Of a stretch of DNA of 64,000 nt, positions 1 through 10,411 are shown one piece after another (the first letter of the stretch is position 1; every line of letters starts with the position of its first letter). The stretch comes from an uncultured Gammaproteobacteria bacterium (lineage in GTDB: Bacteria; Patescibacteriota; Microgenomatia; CAZETR01; Amesbacteraceae). Both the position numbers and the translations under genes were made by a program. Where the stretch lies: contig CAZFGX010000001.1 in the NCBI GenBank assembly GCA_964518565.1, positions 798,568 to 862,567 of the forward strand, written 5' to 3'. A model generated the notes under the pieces. It was not told where the DNA came from. It ran no database searches and worked only from the letters and a program-made list of their open reading frames with translations.

Positions 1-1245
1 TGTTTTAGTAAGTTTAATTAATTCATTAGATCTCTTTTCCGTCGGCTTACCACTGAAATTTCCCTTGCCAGCTGTTGCCACTTCTCCAGCATCCAAACTC
101 GAGTCTTGTCTATTTTTTTGCAAATTTCCCACCACAATACCCTGAATTTTATGTTTAGAAATTTCAGTCAACAAACTCAAGAATTCTTTATCAGTTTTCT
201 CAATTGGCATTTTTACATAAATAGGCCGTGAAATTTTTAATTGATCTATACCAATTAACAGAGTTTTTAAACGAGAAATTTCATACAAGGATTTAGCTCC
301 ATCAAGATTGGGACAGCTAATATTCAATTCATAATATTTATGATCCATATCCGCATTTTCAAACTTTTTAAATGCCGAAATAATATGTTCAATTTCTCCT
401 TTTGCATCCCCAATACTCACTCCCACTCTGTTTTCAAATTTCTTACCAGACAGTTTTTTAATAATTGCGTCAGCTCCAGGATTTCTAAATCCTTTATTCA
501 CCAATAAAGATTTCGATTTAGGCAATCTTCCTAGTCTAGGCTTAGCATTTCCATCCCATGGCAAATCTGTAATCGTTCCAATCGTCTGAAAAGTAAAACC
601 CCATGCCGGCAAAACTTTTGTCAACCTTCCTTCGTAATCAAACCCCGCTGCCAGCCCTATTTCATACGGCAATACCCTGGGTCTAAACATCATTTTTGTT
701 AATCCTGAAACGCCAGAAATATTAAATGCCATTTCTCCAAATCGAACCATATTTACATGAACTTGTTCCGGATCCAATAAAAATAATATTGGCTTAACAA
801 TTTTTTTATATGCTAAACCAAACAACACAATAAACCACCATTTCCTTTCCCGATGCAAGCTATACCAAATACTAAAAAACAAAATCGTACTTGTAATAGC
901 TGAGACCATACAATATCCACAAATTACACCTAACACTCCCAATTGCAGATATACAAAATACCCAGACATTATGAGTCCCACCAGCGTCTGTCCTACCGCC
1001 AGTCTTTTAGACCAAGGTTTATTGATTCCCAACCACAACAACAAAAATCCATAGTGCACTACCCCCCATAAAGCCAGCGGCATACCAAACAAATAGGCAT
1101 ATTCACTTCTTAGTACCGTCCCACAATCGAGCCAAGCAAATCGATTAATTGAACAAGGTGGTAACGAATTACTAAAGTGCTCATAGCTCAAATAACTCGC
1201 ATCCAAAAAGCCCAAAATTGCCAATCCCAAAAGTACCCATTTCAT
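1..1245 (-). CDS. pyrD: VKOR domain fused to dihydroorotate dehydrogenase (3' end beyond window edge; missing from ORF track)
   Basis: Manual translation from ATG 1245 is open to base 1: MKWVLLGLAILGFLDASYLSYEH..PPCSINRFAWLDCGTVLRSEYA..GVICGYC (VKOR loop Cys pair + CxxC, 4 TM), then DPEQVH, GLAAGFD, GNAKPRLGRL, NKGFRNPG, ELNISCPN, SGKP (DHODH motifs). Confidence 0.9.
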   Translation of the reverse strand, partial: MKWVLLGLAILGFLDASYLSYEHFSNSLPPCSINRFAWLDCGTVLRSEYAYLFGMPLALWGVVHYGFLLLWLGINKPWSKRLAVGQTLVGLIMSGYFVYLQLGVLGVICGYCMVSAITSTILFFSIWYSLHRERKWWFIVLFGLAYKKIVKPILFLLDPEQVHVNMVRFGEMAFNISGVSGLTKMMFRPRVLPYEIGLAAGFDYEGRLTKVLPAWGFTFQTIGTITDLPWDGNAKPRLGRLPKSKSLLVNKGFRNPGADAIIKKLSGKKFENRVGVSIGDAKGEIEHIISAFKKFENADMDHKYYELNISCPNLDGAKSLYEISRLKTLLIGIDQLKISRPIYVKMPIEKTDKEFLSLLTEISKHKIQGIVVGNLQKNRQDSSLDAGEVATAGKGNFSGKPTEKRSNELIKLTKT

Positions 1246-1261
1246 ACGAAGCAATAATACC

Positions 1262-2524
1262 TCAAAACAGTCGAGTTTGTACTTCTTCTTTTTCCGGCCA
1301 AATTTTGACTACTCCATATTCACCATCAAATCCTGGCTTAATAAAAATGTCCCCTCGTCTCACTTTTAATATTGCTTCAGCCAATCTTTCTCCAGCAAAA
1401 TTTTTAATTTCATCTGATGTTGTTCTCATTAAAATTTCCAGTTCATTACCAAATTTTTCAATCAACATCTCATAAATTGCTTTCACTTTTTTAGATCCCA
1501 CTCCCACCTGATGCACTTCTGCCAAAATTTCCAATAAAGACACCAGTCTTACAAATGGTGGCTTGGATTTATTTTTATCTTGATGCCACTGCATTCCCAC
1601 TTCATCTTCATACATAACCATTTCGACATGTTGCTTAGTCAAATCTTCAATTCGCTGCATGACTCCAACAGTTAACATTCGTCCACACACCGGACATTTT
1701 GTGCCCAAATTTCTTGTTTGTTCAGGCGTCTGGATTACTTTGCAAGCTCGATGTCCGTTGTAATGATATTTTCCTTCTTCAGGAAAAAACTCCACAGTAT
1801 AGGCAATAGATTTATTTTTTATTGCCTTATAAAGCTCAGAATAACTCAAGTTTTCCATTTCAAAAATTGTCGCTTCTCGTCCCATTTTTACTGCCGAATG
1901 CGCATCTGAAAAACTCACGATCGCCCGATTATCCAGTTCTGGTATTTGCCAATTCATTTGTGGATCCGATGAAATTCCGGTTTCGATTGCCAAAATTTTA
2001 TCAACATATGGTCCATATGCTTGACTCAAAGTATCAAATCCTCCAAATGCTCCAAACACCGAAAACCACGGTGTCCAAGCATGTGCTGGAATAATCAAGG
2101 CGTTCTCACAAATTCCAAATACGAGTTCAGCAATTTGTATACAAGACAAACCAACAATCGGCCTACCATCTGCAGCTAAATTACACCCTCGTTTAGCCAA
2201 TTCTTTATTTATTTTCAATGCGATATCTAAGCTAGGTACCCATATCAAAGTATGTACCCGCCTTACTCGTCCATCCTGTTTAAAAATCGAAGATATCTCA
2301 GTTGCCAACAAAAACTGCATCCCATTGCATTCATATATACCCTCAGACTTTTCTACCAATTTTTTCTGTAATTCATCAAACCACAATGGGTGAGTCCAAT
2401 CCCCAGTCGCCAACAAATCTATACCTTTTTTCTTCCCCCAGATTGCCATTGTCTCAAGATTCATATCCGGCGATACCGCCCGAGAATATTTCGAATGTAG
2501 TTGCAAATCGGCTACCACTCTCAT
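1262..2524 (-). CDS. PHP-domain endonuclease Q family protein with Zn finger
   Basis: ADLQLHSKYSRA, PAHAWTPWF, SDAHS, EGKYHYNGHRAC..CPVCG, PGFDGEYG motifs. Confidence 0.85.
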   Translation of the reverse strand: MRVVADLQLHSKYSRAVSPDMNLETMAIWGKKKGIDLLATGDWTHPLWFDELQKKLVEKSEGIYECNGMQFLLATEISSIFKQDGRVRRVHTLIWVPSLDIALKINKELAKRGCNLAADGRPIVGLSCIQIAELVFGICENALIIPAHAWTPWFSVFGAFGGFDTLSQAYGPYVDKILAIETGISSDPQMNWQIPELDNRAIVSFSDAHSAVKMGREATIFEMENLSYSELYKAIKNKSIAYTVEFFPEEGKYHYNGHRACKVIQTPEQTRNLGTKCPVCGRMLTVGVMQRIEDLTKQHVEMVMYEDEVGMQWHQDKNKSKPPFVRLVSLLEILAEVHQVGVGSKKVKAIYEMLIEKFGNELEILMRTTSDEIKNFAGERLAEAILKVRRGDIFIKPGFDGEYGVVKIWPEKEEVQTRLF

Positions 2525-3615
2525 AATTCACTAAATGCTTTTTGATAAAACTGAATATCTTTCTTTACTGCTTCAGCCCAGTCCGGCTTCAAATTATGAT
2601 CTGCTCCTAAATATTCATAATATGTAATTTGTTTTTGATTCTTTTTTAATCCCGCCACCAATTGTCTACTCCAAGAAACAGGCACCTGATCATCAGCAGT
2701 TCCTTGATGCAATTGTATCGGAGCATTAATTAAATTATAAAAATTTACGACTGTGTAATCATCTACATCATAATCTTCTTCAAACATAGCTAAGTCTTTT
2801 CTCTGCGCCTTGCCATAATCTGCCGTCTCATTTGAAAATACTAAAATCGAATATGGAAACGGTGCTGACACTGGTGCCCACAATACCGTCGGATAATTTT
2901 TTCCACTCGCTTCCAATACTGTCAAAGTCACCTGTCCCCCATTACTATGTCCCCACAAACCAATTCTTCTAGTATCCACCATTGGCAAAGTATCAATTAC
3001 CGACAACAAATCTAGGTCGGTAGTATATTTCTGAAATCTTTCTTCAAACACATTTTCACTCGGCATACTGGATCCTCCATACCCCAAAAAATCAGGTGCT
3101 AAAGAAATCAGTCCATGCTTCGCATATTCTCGCGCGCTCGGTGCTGTCCCGGCTCCAGCTGCATAACCTTCCTGCTCAATAAACCCCCTCGATTGTAATA
3201 TTAATGGGCATTTATTTTGCCCTGTACAATTATCTGGAATATGGGCCAAACCAGTTGCAGTCTTTCCTTCTGTTTTAAAAGTAAACGGATACACTCCATA
3301 TGCCAGTTCATCAGTCTTCGCATTTGCTTCTATATGTTTTATCTGCTGACCAAGTTTTAGATCACTACCTTGTGGAACACGCTTTTGCAATTCGGGAATA
3401 GCATATTTTTCCAAGTTAGCCGCCTGCCGAGAAGACAAACACAACTTACCCAATTTTTGGCCTATATATTGGCTTAAATAGCTATTTTTACTTACCTGTT
3501 CACAAAACTCTTGTTTTGATTTTGGCTGTTGCTGTTCATAAAAATTCTTCTGCCAAAACCATCCCACTCCCACTCCAATCCCCAAACACCCCAATGCCAA
3601 TAAAATATATTTCAT
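2521..3615 (-). CDS. membrane-anchored alpha/beta hydrolase (S9 peptidase-like)
   Basis: N-terminal TM; GHSNGG nucleophile elbow, HQGTADDQV Asp, GADHN His. Confidence 0.8.
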   Translation of the reverse strand: MKYILLALGCLGIGVGVGWFWQKNFYEQQQPKSKQEFCEQVSKNSYLSQYIGQKLGKLCLSSRQAANLEKYAIPELQKRVPQGSDLKLGQQIKHIEANAKTDELAYGVYPFTFKTEGKTATGLAHIPDNCTGQNKCPLILQSRGFIEQEGYAAGAGTAPSAREYAKHGLISLAPDFLGYGGSSMPSENVFEERFQKYTTDLDLLSVIDTLPMVDTRRIGLWGHSNGGQVTLTVLEASGKNYPTVLWAPVSAPFPYSILVFSNETADYGKAQRKDLAMFEEDYDVDDYTVVNFYNLINAPIQLHQGTADDQVPVSWSRQLVAGLKKNQKQITYYEYLGADHNLKPDWAEAVKKDIQFYQKAFSEL

Positions 3616-3648
3616 CCTTTGATTTTATCGCACTAAAAAAGCGCATTG

Positions 3649-3768
3649 TTCTCGGCTTTGACCCATCTTCATACCATCTTGTGACGGCACTATTGTAGGC
3701 GCTGGCGCGTTTGACGGCTCTGTTCGGAATGGGAAGAGGTAGTTCCACGCCGCTCAAAAAACCGAGAA
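3649..3768 (-). rRNA. rrf: 5S rRNA
   Basis: CCCATTCCGAAC loop, paired ends TTCTCGG/CCGAGAA extended by a flanking stem and T-run; directly downstream of 23S. Confidence 0.9.
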
Positions 3769-3974
3769 CGATACGCTTTTTTTTAAAGGTAAATCTTGTT
3801 CCCTGGAAAGTGAAGAGAATAGTGTAGTAGAGCAAATGTATGGAAACTTCATCTGACATATTCGTACTGGTAAGCTAAAACGATTACTCGCCTTACACTG
3901 CCAGCCGCTTATACGGGGTAGTCTTCCCCGTGTCATGTCTATCTTGCGATAGACTAGTTCCTAATCTTGGGTAG

Positions 3975-4007
<33 letters not shown>

Positions 4008-4124
4008 CGTAGGTTCATAGCTACCCGGCGCTGCATCTGACGACACAACCGGCACACCAGCGGAACCTCCAACCCGGTCCTCTCGTACTAAGGTCGGACC
4101 CCCTCAAGAACTCACGACTCTACT

Positions 4125-4173
<49 letters not shown>

Positions 4174-4241
4174 CTTTTAACCGGCGAACAGCCGGACCCT
4201 TGGAAGGTACTGCCCCTCCAGGATAGGATGAGCCGACATCG

Positions 4242-4573
4242 CACTGTCGGATGTGACCCCGCTTACGCGGGGCGTTGACTATACCTTCACCCTCAATAGA
4301 TAAAAATCTAAAGTAGGGGCTGACGTCTTAACCTGCCTCAGCAGATTCCGTGGTCTTGAAACCACAAGTCGATACGGGGTCATACCGTCAAAGGCGGTAG
4401 CGGACTTCCCTCGGGGTTTTCCTTTAAACGTTCGCTTTCAAAGGAGTTCTCCGATATGAGTCAGTAAAAAAACTAAAAAATTAATTTGGTTCAGAACAAA
4501 AAATAAATACAAAATAACAAGGCTTGTTAATGCCATTACTGGCAACACACCCCGATAATAACCTGTTTGGTTA
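4242..4573 (-). ncRNA. group I intron in 23S after E. coli U2500 (332 nt, no ORF)
   Basis: Interrupts GGCACCU^CGAUG; ends in G; IGS UAUCG-GGGUG pairs both exons; P7 elements GTATCGACT / AAGGTATAGTC. Confidence 0.92.
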
Positions 4574-5102
4574 AGGTGCCAAACCGCCGCGTTAATGTGG
4601 ACTCTTGGCGGCGATCAGCCTGTTATCCCTAGGGTAGCTTTTATCCGTTAAGCCCGGTGCCTCCCACGAGGCATCCGAGGATCACTACGACCAACTTTCG
4701 TTTCTGCTCGAGTGGCTACTCTCACAGTCAAGCGCACTTATGCCGTTACACGACTCGCTCGATTTCCATCCGAGCCTAGTGCACCTTAGCACCCCTGCGT
4801 TACACTTTAGCAGGGTACCTCCCCAGTAAAACTGCCCCTCTGACCGTGTCTCCGATAGCGTTTCCAGCTACCTTGGGTGAGTGCTGAGATCTCAAAGCGG
4901 GAGGTGTTTCATCGTTGCCCGAAGGCTCCCTCCTACACTAAACTACCTCAAAATCCAGCACAGGGCCAGAGTACAGTAAAGCTCCATAGGGTCTTTTTGT
5001 CCTAGTAGAGTAAGGCCGCATCTTCACAGCCATTTCAATTTCGCCGGGTAATAGTTCAAGACAGTTATTCCCTCGTTATACCTTTCATGCGGGTCGGAAC
5101 TT

Positions 5103-5410
5103 CAATTATTTTTGTTTCTCTATGTCGCCATAGAGTTCGGACTATATCTTCATCCTGATGTTAGTTACATCAAGAGCTCTGCGTGTAGTCTCTGGGGATT
5201 TCCCGCCAAAGGCGGGATCTTTCCTGCTGATTGACTCCACCATCGGATTATCACTCTTTCGAGTACCTTTGGATACTGAGTTATTCCAGCATATAGCAAA
5301 GTTTTCACTAACCACCTGAAAGAAATATTTTTTATCTAATTTAACTAATGATAGGAACCTTAGTGCCCCGCATTATTAATAAAAATAATGTAGGGTCGGG
5401 CAAGTTATTC
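5103..5410 (-). ncRNA. group I intron in 23S after E. coli U1951 (308 nt, no ORF)
   Basis: Interrupts GUCGGGU^AAGUU; ends in G; IGS AACUU-GCCCGAC pairs both exons; CAGAGACTA and AAGATATAGTCC core. Confidence 0.94.
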
Positions 5411-6890
5411 ACCCGACAAGGAACTTCGCTACCATAGAACAGTTATAGTTACTGCTGCCGTTCACTCGAGCTTCATTTCAACGCCTTGCGACGCATCCAC
5501 TTAACTTACGAGCACTGGGCAGGTCTCAGCCTGTATACCGCCACTTTCGTGTTCGCACAGACCTGTGTTTTAGTTAAACAGTCGGGAAATACTCTTTTGT
5601 TGTAACCTCGCTTACGCGAGGCAGGACATCTTGCATAGCTTACGTCCAGCTTTTTTGCCGAGTTCCTTGAACTACCTTCTCCCGATCGCCTTGGTCTTCT
5701 CGACCATCCCACCTGTGTCGGATTACGGTACGGCAAAATATATATCTCACTACGAATCTTTTCTCGAAAGCAAAAACTGCTTACATTGCCAAGTCAATTG
5801 CTCAAATTGGCTTTACATCACCGCTCAATTAAACGTCAATCCGGATTTTCCAGGATCAACTATTTTACGGCTTATACGTGCATTCACTGCACACGCGTAA
5901 GACTTCTCACTTTGTCCATCCCTAGCTGATAACGATATATATCTTGTAGTCGAATATTAACGACTCGTCCATCGGTTACGCCCACTACGGCCTCACCTTA
6001 GGTGCCGACTAACCCCCCGCCAAACAATGGTGCGGAGGAACCCTTGGGAATTCGGCGTGGATGATTCTCACATCCATCACGCTACTCATTCCGGCATACT
6101 CACTTGAGATCGCTCCAGCCCGCTTCACAGCAAACCTTCACTGCAATCTCAACGCTCCCTTACCACTCCCTTTCGCACGAATGCGAAAGAAAATCTGTAT
6201 CTTCGGCAGAATGCTTAAGCCTCGGTTCATTTTCCGCGCCAAACTCCCAATACTCGACCAGTGAGCTGTTACGCTTTCTTTAAAGGATGGCTGCTTCTGA
6301 GCCAACCTCCTGGCTGTCTGAGGAGTTCAACTGCGTTACACACTGAGCATTCATTTAGAGGCCTTAGATGACAGTCTGGGTTGTTTCCCTTTAGAGCGAC
6401 GCGCTTAGCCGCGCCGTTCTGACTCCCACACGGGTGACGAACACGAATTCGAAGTTTGACTGAGGGCCACAACTTGCGCTGCAACACCCAACCAGTGCTC
6501 TACCTCATGTTCGATACGTGTAGGGCTATACCTGTATATATTTCAGGGAGAGCCAGCTATCTCCTGGTTCGATTGGCATATTACCCCTAACCACAAGTCA
6601 TCTCATAACTTTGCAACGTTAACGAGTGCGGGCCTCCCCCCACCTTTCGGAGGGGTTCACCCTGCTCATGGTTAGCTCACCAGGTTTCGGGTCTTCCAGC
6701 ATGTGCTTTTTTTCGCCCTGTTAAGACTCGCTTTCGCTCCGCCTCCCCCCACTTGTGGGGTTAGACTCGCGCATGCCGAAAACTCGCCGGATCATTCTTC
6801 AATAGGCACGCCATCACCCCATATTGCTACGAGGCTCTGACTGTTTGACAGCAGACAATTTCAGTATCTATTTCACTGGGCGTCCCGCCC

Positions 6891-6931
<41 letters not shown>

Positions 6932-7425
6932 GGATAAGAGTATTTAGCCTTGGAGTGTGGTCACCCCGGATTCCCACAAGATCGTATTTCTCATGGTACT
7001 TGGGTATCCAATAGCATTGCGACACATTTCAGATACGAGACTATCACTCTCTTTGGTCAACATTTCCATGTTGTTCTCTTATCTGTCACAAATTACATAT
7101 TATGGACCCCGCAACCCCCAAGTCTTGCGACTGGGTTTAGGCTGTTCCGCGTTCGCTCGCCGCTTACTAACGGAATCTCGTTGATTTATTTTCCTGCCCC
7201 TACTTAGATGTTTCAGTTCGGAGCGTTCCCTTCCTCGCCAAAGGCGTAGGATCCTCATAAAGAGGAGGTTTCCCTATTCGGACACCGCCGGATCAAAGCT
7301 TCTTAGCAGCTCCCCGACGACTTTCGTGGCTATGTACGTCCTTCTTCGGCTCATTATCCCCTAGGCATTCATTGTCTGCTTTACGGAAGTAAAACATACG
7401 GCTCTACTAATTCAATTCTCTTCAC

Positions 7426-7437
7426 TTTTAAAAGAAC
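7426..7437 (-). promoter_or_regulatory. boxA antitermination site upstream of 23S
   Basis: GTTCTTTTAAAA just before the 23S processing stem. Confidence 0.65.
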
Positions 7438-7513
7438 AAGACTCATCAAGTCAGCCGTAAAAGCTGATATCAATCCTGAAAATATTTCAAAACTGATATC
7501 AATTTTTAACGAG

Positions 7514-7586
7514 TGGACCCGAGCAGACTCGAACTGCTTACCTCCTCATTGCAAATGAGGCGTTCTACCAGGTGAACTACGGGCCC
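7514..7586 (-). tRNA. tRNA-Ala(TGC)
   Basis: Cloverleaf; CCTCA-TT-TGC-AA-TGAGG anticodon arm; TTCGAGT T-loop; CCA not encoded. Confidence 0.95.
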
Positions 7587-7609
7587 ATAATTCCTGGGTT
7601 TTATATGTT

Positions 7610-7631
7610 AAAAAAGCCTCTTTCGAGGCTT
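7610..7631 (-). terminator. intrinsic terminator-like hairpin
   Basis: AAGCCTC-GAAA-GAGGCTT followed by T-run. Confidence 0.65.
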
Positions 7632-7741
7632 GATTCATGGTATTTTGCTTCCTGCCGCTGGTACTAAAGCGTCCAGTTCAGGTTAAAAGAGGTAGATCGC
7701 AACATTTCCATGAGATAAACAGCCTTATGAAAGGTATCCAC

Positions 7742-7770
7742 ATATTAGCCTGTAAATCTACACCTGTCAA
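7742..7770 (-). promoter_or_regulatory. sigma70 promoter facing tRNA-Ala/23S
   Basis: TTGACA-17 nt-TAATAT. Confidence 0.75.
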
Positions 7771-7793
7771 GGCAAACTTTGCTATACTAAATT

Positions 7794-9209
7794 ATGCCCC
7801 CTCAAGAACACGTAAAACCCGTATACCCCTTGATCACCATAGCCTCAGCGACCGTCTTTCTCATCAGCCTTCTCCTCTTCACTCCAAAGTCTTCCCCCCA
7901 ACCTCAACCCCAAACAACGCCCAAACAAACCCAATACCAGCTATTTCTCACCAGAATACCCAGTCCATTAGAAAAAATCACCATCGACAACCTGCCATCC
8001 ACAGAAGATCCCTACGATACGCTCAAATACCAAAATCGACTCATCTTTAGTGCCCAGGGTCATATCGTCGATTATGATCCAAATTTACGCCAAATCCTCC
8101 ATTATTCAGACCGTACCATCGCCAGATGTCTACGCGAGAAAGTAATTGTTAGTCATTATCTCTATGTCCCCTGCGACGAAGCTCCCACCTACCCCACAGA
8201 TTATGGTGACCAAACTCTGTGGCAGATCGACCTGACAGATTTTTCTGTCGCCAAAGTATATTCCCAAGCGAGCGGGCTTAATTCAGCCAGCAACCTCTTA
8301 CCAGTAGCCGATGGGGACACAATTTGGCTAGGTTCTTTTGACGGCTTGTCAAAATTTGATACCAAAACTGAAAAATTTACCACCCTTACCCCTCAACTGG
8401 GAATTTTTGGCACCCACATCCAGGTAAATAAAATCTTAGTCGACGATTCTCATGTCTGGTTTTACATCCCAGCTAATGCCTACTCGTCAGGTGGTATCAC
8501 GCTGTTTGACAAGAAAACTAACATCTTTACTCCGTTCAACTTTCAAACATTTGTCTCACCTCAATATGGCAGATTCGATCTAAATCAATGGAAACTTACT
8601 CCGGACGGCCTCTTGATTGCTTACTCAGACGATCGTATCTACAAAGAACAACTCTACAATTATCAAACAAACCAATGGCAATCAGTGAGATCTGAAAATT
8701 TTGATAACTACGAAAAAAATATCTCAAGATTTAAAACAGAAAACAGTCTCACAGTTCCGTACGACGACCCTCGTAGTTATTTGGCGCTTTCACCTACTAT
8801 AAATAACCAGCGTTTCGCTCTAACCAATAAAACGATAGATCTCATTACTCCCAATGATCCTTTTCCCATAATCCAACTAAAATTTCCCGAAGATCTGACA
8901 AATATTAGACCCAGTTATAACGCCAAAGACGGCATACTTTTTTACATTGACCCAGAAACCGAACTCGCGATCGTCATTGCAAATGTCGAATCTGGATATG
9001 GCGAACTACCTAGCCAAATGTACATAGTCGACTTGAAACAAAACACGATTCTCAAAAATACCTCCCTCTCCAGTGAAAAGTTTCCCTATTACACAATGAT
9101 TAATGCCCACGCAGAAAAAATAAACGACCAATATCAAATATTCAACGACACCAACACCTCACCATTTCTTGTCATAGACACCAAAACATTTGAATACAAT
9201 TTCAAATAG
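7794..9209 (+). CDS. membrane-anchored extracellular protein, probable beta-propeller
   Basis: 471-aa ORF, N-terminal TM, short beta-strand repeats (DGDTIWLGSFDGLSKFD). Confidence 0.65.
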   Translation: MPPQEHVKPVYPLITIASATVFLISLLLFTPKSSPQPQPQTTPKQTQYQLFLTRIPSPLEKITIDNLPSTEDPYDTLKYQNRLIFSAQGHIVDYDPNLRQILHYSDRTIARCLREKVIVSHYLYVPCDEAPTYPTDYGDQTLWQIDLTDFSVAKVYSQASGLNSASNLLPVADGDTIWLGSFDGLSKFDTKTEKFTTLTPQLGIFGTHIQVNKILVDDSHVWFYIPANAYSSGGITLFDKKTNIFTPFNFQTFVSPQYGRFDLNQWKLTPDGLLIAYSDDRIYKEQLYNYQTNQWQSVRSENFDNYEKNISRFKTENSLTVPYDDPRSYLALSPTINNQRFALTNKTIDLITPNDPFPIIQLKFPEDLTNIRPSYNAKDGILFYIDPETELAIVIANVESGYGELPSQMYIVDLKQNTILKNTSLSSEKFPYYTMINAHAEKINDQYQIFNDTNTSPFLVIDTKTFEYNFK

Positions 9210-9210
9210 C

Positions 9211-10410
9211 TTACTCGTACCGCAACGCCACGATTGGATCCAATTTTGATGCCCGCAAAGCTGGTGTAAATCCAGCCGTAATGCCGACCGCACAAGAGAT
9301 ACCAAAGGCCAGCGCCACTGCCTGAGCTGTTACTGCTGTTTCAATGAATCTCGAAACCAGTGCCGCCAGTCCCCAACCCAATCCAATACCGATCAAACCT
9401 CCAAGTGCCGACAGCACAATAGCCTCAATCAAAAATTGCAACAAAATATCTCTTCGCTTCGCCCCTAATGCTTTTCGTAGTCCAATCTCACGCGTGCGTT
9501 CAGTCACCGACACCAACATGATATTGGCAATTCCGACTCCCCCCACCACCAAAGAAATAGCTGCAATACCAGCCAACGCTGCAGTAATTGTGCCCAAAAA
9601 TGTCTGGATTGTCTCCAAAATTTGCGTGGGTTTTAAGACGGTAAAGTCATCGTCTGTTAAACTCCGACGGTAAAAGTATTGTTTTATTTGCTCGACTGCG
9701 CGATCTACTTCCAGTGGTCCAGTAGCTTTGACCGTAATACTCCCGGGCGACTTCTCACCCAATAGTTGTCGCGCAGTCGTAGTTGGCATATACACCAAAG
9801 AGTCTTGGTCTCCTCCGCCAAACCCTCCACCTACTTTTTTCAGTACCCCAATAACCGTAAACTTTCTATTTGAAATTACGATTTGCTTTCCCAACACATC
9901 TGTTTCTTTTATCAATTTTTCTGGTATTGCTGACCCGACCACGACCACTGGCAATGCCCGCTCTTCTTGAGAGGCAGTAAACCAGCGACCACTAGATAAA
10001 TCAATATTTCTTAACGCCGGCAAATTTGCCCCAGCCCCATCAATAGATATATCCAAAGTCTCCCGTTTATACTCAGCCAGTCCAGATTTAAAAATCGACG
10101 CTGTTGCTCCAGCAATTGCTCCACCACGCCGATCCAAATTGGCCACATCTTCAAAAGTAAATTTCGGACTAAACGCTGTCGGCCTACCGCCACCACCTCG
10201 TAAATTCACTCGACCTGGCTGCACAAATACCACTTCCGATCCCAAGCTTTGAAATTGTTTTGTCACAAATGCCTGCAAACCTGCACCAATTGCCGTCAGG
10301 GCAATCACGCTCGCCACACCAATCACAATACCCAAAGTAGTCAAAACCGAACGCGACTTATTCGTTCGTATAGCCAATACAGCACTTCTAAATAATTCTA
10401 ATAAATCCAT
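9211..10410 (-). CDS. MacB/FtsX-family ABC permease
   Basis: RSVLTTLGIVIGVASV, GIANIMLVSVTERTREIGLRKALGA, LDPIVALRYE; start taken at MDLLE. Confidence 0.9.
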   Translation of the reverse strand: MDLLELFRSAVLAIRTNKSRSVLTTLGIVIGVASVIALTAIGAGLQAFVTKQFQSLGSEVVFVQPGRVNLRGGGGRPTAFSPKFTFEDVANLDRRGGAIAGATASIFKSGLAEYKRETLDISIDGAGANLPALRNIDLSSGRWFTASQEERALPVVVVGSAIPEKLIKETDVLGKQIVISNRKFTVIGVLKKVGGGFGGGDQDSLVYMPTTTARQLLGEKSPGSITVKATGPLEVDRAVEQIKQYFYRRSLTDDDFTVLKPTQILETIQTFLGTITAALAGIAAISLVVGGVGIANIMLVSVTERTREIGLRKALGAKRRDILLQFLIEAIVLSALGGLIGIGLGWGLAALVSRFIETAVTAQAVALAFGISCAVGITAGFTPALRASKLDPIVALRYE

Positions 10411-10411
10411 A

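Noticed and set aside
4242-5410. Homing endonuclease ORFs inside the 23S introns
   Set aside because: Introns are only ~310-330 nt with no ORF of 60 aa or more
7464-7503. 11-nt direct repeat CTGATATCAAT between tRNA-Ala and 23S
   Set aside because: Only two copies of a self-complementary core; explained as a spacer hairpin, not an array
7637-8050. 137-aa plus-strand ORF
   Set aside because: Overlaps the promoter region and the better-supported 7794 gene in another frame
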